DNA of 63,684 nucleotides, the filler included, from Craspedostauros australis (Eukaryota), in the NCBI GenBank assembly GCA_030167865.1. It is 5 parts of 5 records of this genome, joined end to end, with 100 filler letters (N's around TTAATTAATTAA, not from the genome) between each part and the next. Parts side by side here need not be neighbours in the genome. Positions count along the whole stretch, not along the records: positions 59,315 to 62,160 come from JALAGF010006378.1; positions 62,261 to 63,684 come from JALAGF010006395.1; 3 more parts are not named here. One strand, 5' to 3'. The position numbers and the translations under genes are program-made. Of the stretch, positions 59,315 through 63,684 are shown piece by piece (the stretch's first letter is position 1; the number at the start of each line of letters is the position of its first letter). The notes under the pieces are model-generated. The model was given only the letters and a program-made list of their open reading frames with translations. It made no database searches and was not told the DNA's origin.

Positions 59315-62139
59315 AAGTAAAAATGTCATTGCGACACGTGATGACCATCGCCCCAAGCAGTGACATTCCCTTTTTCCCCCAATATTCTTGTTGGGCTTTG
59401 CTTTGGCCTGTCGGTAGAATTTTTTGCTTATGGTCGAGTACCACATAGGCTCTTTCAGGCTTTTCGTTGAGCTGGGATTGATAAAANNNNNNNNNNNNNN
59501 NNNNNNNNNNNNNNNNNNNNNNNNNNNNNNNNNNNNNNNNNNNNNNNNNNNNNNNNNNNNNNNNNNNNNNNNNNNNNNNNNNNNNNNNNNCCTTGTGTTC
59601 TGCGAGTTCGTTGTCCTTAAGCATTTCGACGAATGGGACAAAACGATCATTCACAAATCGCATTGCTGCGCCACAACGGTTGCATACTTTACGCGGTTGT
59701 TCGTTTGTTGTGACCACAGGAATGTCATTTGTGATGGTGGTGTTCTTCTTGCGCTTGTGCTTGTTGGTGTGTGGCTTGCGTTGATTGGTTGATGTGGTTG
59801 TTGCCTTCTTCTTCTCCTTTCCTGTGATGAGTGCGAACGCAGCCGAATGCATGGGGTCGTCACACTCATGCTGCATGTGNNNNNNNNNNNNNNNNNNNNN
59901 NNNNNNNNNNNNNNNNNNNNNNNNNNNNNNNNNNNNNNNNNNNNNNNNNNNNNNNNNNNNNNNNNNNNNNNNNNNNNNNNNNTTGTTGTCATGGTGGGTC
60001 TTGTCATTGGCATCGTTTTTCTCCTCGCCCCCCACTTCATACTTAGCCTTCAGCAGGTCGACTAGGCGCGAAATTGCCTGTTTCAGTTTCTCCGTGGCCA
60101 TCCAGAAATAGCTCTCAAAGGAAGAAAGCCCTGTCTTGATCTTGCTTTTGCGTGTGAGGAGGTTGGTCATTGTAGCGAACGCAGGCNNNNNNNNNNNNNN
60201 NNNNNNNNNNNNNNNNNNNNNNNNNNNNNNNNNNNNGTTGTGACCACAGGAATGTCATTTGTGATGATTGGAATGTTGTTTGTGATGGTGGTGTTCTTCT
60301 TGCGCTTGTGCTTGTTGGTGCGTGGCTTGCGTTGATTGGTTGATGTGGTTGTTGCCTTCTTCTTCTCCTTTCCTGTGATGAGTGCGAACNNNNNNNNNNN
60401 NNNNNNNNNNNNNNNNNNNNNNNNNNNNNNNNNNNNNNNNNNNNNNNNNNNNNNNNNNNNNNNNNNNNNNNNNNNNNNNNNNNNNNNNNNNNNNNNNNNN
60501 NNNNNNNNNNNNNNNNNNNNNNNNNNNNNNNNNTTGTTGTCATGGTGGGTCTTGTCATTGGCATCGTTTTTCTCCTCGCCCCCCACTTCATACTTAGCCT
60601 TCAGCAGGTCGACTAGGCGCGAAATTGCCTGTTTCAGTTTCTCGGTGGCCATCCAGAAATAGCTCTCAAAGGAAGAAAGCCCTGTCTTGATCTTGCTTTT
60701 GCATGTGAGGAGGTTGGTCATTGTAGCGAACGCAGGCCTTCCTACTGGGTTGTTAGTTGTGGACGAGTACATGCCGAATAATTCTTGGATGGTCNTGCCA
60801 CCTCGATCGAACACTGGGACATTTTCAAATGCAACTCCANCATACTGTACCGTGTGACTTAACCCTGCCTTGTATGTTGTTGTTGTCATGAGGAAGGACA
60901 CCACGCCAGAGAGATTGCAGGCACTCACACGGTACTGAAGAACTCGTAGTGGATTGCTTTCACCGTGGCTCATCATGTCGTAGTAGCGTCGCAAGGTGTC
61001 TGTCTGACTGCGTGTGATCGTGTCGCGTTTGGGAAGCANNNNNNNNNNNNNNNNNNNNNNNNNNNNNNNNNNNNNNNNNNNNNNNNNNTCTGACTGCGTG
61101 TGATCGTGTCGCGTTTGGGAAGCATGCGCGCCTTCTGTTCCTCCGATAGTCCATGTGCCTGCTTGCCCAAGACAGCAGTACACAGTGTGTGGGGCGCGGA
61201 CATGGCCAAGGCAGCTCTCACCGTGACAGACGACGTAGTTTCTCCGAGCAAACCCAGGGTGTACAGATTGGGCGCCAACATTGCAGGAGGAAGCTCCACG
61301 TTCCCGCGCACGTATGCAACCACCTGTTCCATCTGACGAGTTGGCACGTCCTCCTCTGGGAGCAGGACAGTCCAAAGTGCAGACGATAGGACACTCCACA
61401 TCTGTTTGATGTTGCTCCAGATGGTCCGATCGTGCCTGCCTGTGAGAACGAACCCTTTGTTTGGCATGAGCCGCAACAGTTTTGGATCTAGCTTAGACCC
61501 AAGCACCGCCATCACACGAATGATAGCATCACGGCTCCAGCTCTCCTCCTCTGGATCATGCATGAACTTCCCACCCTTCCTGCCCCTGCCGGTGCGTGTC
61601 TGTTCCTCCTTTTCGTCAACATACGTGCTGTCGCTGTCGTTTGAGGTATCTGCGTACTCCCCGACAACTACAGTGTCGCAGCGCCGGGGAAGCCTCACTG
61701 GTGGAGTTGGCTTGACAGGTGGTGCAATGTCAGCTGCGGCAGGCAGGGGTGGCGCGTTCACGATAACGCTCACCGAAGTCCCATCGCCGACACCTCGTCC
61801 CTCCGAACGCACCTCGACGTGGGAGTCGTCGNAGACGCNTCCNTTGTTGTCAAGGATGTGGACGAACACATGCAGCTCGCGAGCGTGCGCATGCGTACCG
61901 TTCGGGACGAGGNTGCCATCCNCTGCATGCATCGGCTTCACATCGATCACTCGCGTGATGGTGATCGGCTTCCTCAACGCAGCGGACGGCTTGTCAGGCA
62001 ACAGTTGCTTGACAGTAGGCAGCAAGTTTCCCTTGGAGTCGGCAGGAGGAGCAGATGCAAGGCGAGCAGAACGGGATTTCTTACTGGGGGAGGGGTTAGC
62101 ATCCTTGGAGAGGGCCTTGGTGGTGGTGGAGAGAGGCAT
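59315..62139 (-). mobile_element. Fragmented large DNA-transposon ORF, Sola3-like transposase (N-terminal part up to the first catalytic Asp)
   Basis: VVLDHKQKILP..SKAQQEYWGKKGMSLLG resembles the D(Y/W)xMK(I/F)LP..RE.Q..(W/F)FGKRG.S.H motif I associate with Sola3. It is preceded by K.GL, H....AL and C..C motifs. The region is heavily gapped. Confidence 0.6.
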
Positions 62140-62160
62140 GGTGGAGTTGTTGGTGGAGAG

Positions 62161-62260
62161 NNNNNNNNNNNNNNNNNNNNNNNNNNNNNNNNNNNNNNNN
62201 NNNNTTAATTAATTAANNNNNNNNNNNNNNNNNNNNNNNNNNNNNNNNNNNNNNNNNNNN
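62161..62260. other. Artificial scaffold-joining linker
   Basis: 44 N + TTAATTAATTAA + 44 N. Confidence 0.97.
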
Positions 62261-63046
62261 TGGAACCATGCTTGTGGTGGTCCAAAATGCCATCCCAAGC
62301 ACTTGATTTGGACCTTGTACTTCTTGCGGCACTATGATTGCGTTCTTGCACTGTGGAAAACTTGTCTGCAGATCCCAAACCTCTAATGAAGTGGACTTGA
62401 CTTCATATGGATGAAATTCAGAAGGGATACAAAGGTGTAGGAAGCGGAACACAATAGCAGATTGATACATCTCCTATTCTCACTTTCACAATGTCAACTC
62501 ACATCGTCTTTTTGAATGCTTCTACTGTTGGCAACCCATAATACAGATTGAATGGAAGAGTTTCGTTAAGAATGACAAACATCAAAGGTGCAAAGTCACA
62601 GTGGCCGTGACTTACTTTCATGTTTGGGAATCTCATCCTTTTTCAAAGAAATGGTACAGCCACATATACAAGGGAGCTAGTCTGTGGTAGAAGATGGAGA
62701 TTTGCATCCAAACTGGTGACATTGTTTGGTGCTATGGTCTGTTCTCTTGTGGTTGATGGCCTGACCCAAAGATCTTCAGCTGCTCGCTGGCNNNNNNNNN
62801 NNNNNGTGAAATGGTGGAAGCAGATGGAGGGTACAGCAGTCCCTGGGTACGCAAGCCAAAGAACTACAATACCAACGCAGACAGGGATGGCAAGACACAT
62901 GAAAGAGCAAGACACGAAACCATCAATCGTCTCTTCAAGAAATGGAAGATCTTCTATGAATCATTTCGACAAAATATGCAGCTGCACAAGACAGTATTGA
63001 AGGCAGTTGCCATAGCTGTCTATTGATCAGGGCTTCTTCCAGCCTT
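62261..63046 (+). pseudogene. Decayed PIF/Harbinger-type (DDE_Tnp_4-like) transposase, copy 1
   Basis: Motifs PKHLIWTLYFL..Y, CKVTV, WYSH..KG, ICIQTGDIVW, CG*WPD.KIF, VEADGGY, RARHETINRLFKKW, F..H..V..AVA. In-frame stops are present. Confidence 0.8.
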
Positions 63047-63096
63047 NNNNNNNNNNNNNNNNNNNNNNNNNNNNNNNNNNNNNNNNNNNNNNNNNN

Positions 63097-63684
63097 AGAT
63101 TGATACATCTCCTACTCTCACTTTCACAATGTCAACTCACATCGTCTTTTTGAATGCTTATACTGTTGGCAACCCATAATGCAGATTTAATGGAGGAATT
63201 GCATTAAGAATGACAAACATCAAAGGTGCAAAGTCACAGTGGATGTGACTTACTTTTGTGTTCTGGAATCTCCTCCTTTTCCAAAGAAATGGTACAGTCA
63301 CATATACAAGGGAGCTAGTCTGCGGTAGAAGATGGAGATTTGCATCCAAACTGGTGACATTGTTTGGTGCTATGGTCTGTTCTCTTGTGGTTGATGGCCT
63401 GACCCAAAGATCTTCAGCTGCTCGCTGGCNNNNNNNNNNNNNNGTGAAATGGTGGAAGCAGATGGAGGGTACAGCAGTCCCTGGGTACGCAAGCCAAAGA
63501 ACTACAATACCAACGCAGACAGGGATGGCAAGACACATGAAAGAGCAAGACACGAAACCATCAATCGTCTCTTCAAGAAATGGAAGATCTTCTATGAATC
63601 ATTTCGACAAAATATGCAGCTGCACAAGACAGTATTGAAGGCAGTTGCCATAGCTGTCTATTGATCAGGGCTTCTTCCAGCCTT
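63097..63684 (+). pseudogene. Decayed PIF/Harbinger-type transposase, copy 2 (repeat of 62459-63046)
   Basis: Offset of 638 bp from copy 1. Retains the first catalytic Asp (VTVDVT). The 3' half appears identical to copy 1. Confidence 0.75.

Noticed and set aside
59696..60737. Internal direct duplication in the Sola-like ORF, and short duplications flanking N gaps (29190/29278, 51112/51210, 61002/61089)
   Set aside because: Near-identical sequence on both sides of N gaps is a typical short-read scaffolding artefact.

Overview
This is eukaryotic nuclear DNA, most likely from a diatom. That call is an inference from the GT-AG introns, TTAGGG telomere and diatom-type gene and transposon families. 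The window is not one locus: five scaffolds are joined by artificial 100-nt linkers (44 N + TTAATTAATTAA + 44 N) at 9545-9644, 28503-28602, 59215-59314 and 62161-62260, so neighbourhoods across linkers carry no biological meaning. Scaffold 1 (1-9544) is a chromosome end. It has a decayed tyrosine-recombinase retrotransposon joined to the 5' half of a CRE-clade-like non-LTR retrotransposon, which itself carries an 829-bp insertion with a target-site duplication. Then come ~5 kb of layered subtelomeric repeats with three internal telomere-like tracts and a terminal (TTAGGG)n. Scaffold 2 carries a TPR-like gene, TRAPPC2L, a delta-9 desaturase, METTL16, a START-domain gene, UAP1 and the 3' exons of MDP-1, followed by a young RT-RNase H LINE. 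Scaffold 3 carries AMP deaminase, NOP56, THOC3, LSM5, a PSP1-domain gene, PPT1 and mitochondrial bL21, with transposon relics at both ends. Scaffolds 4 and 5 hold Sola3-like and PIF/Harbinger-like transposase fragments. The best candidate for something undescribed is the retroelement-plus-subtelomere architecture of scaffold 1. I found no rRNA, tRNA or CRISPR array. All family assignments come from motif recognition by eye, not database searches.
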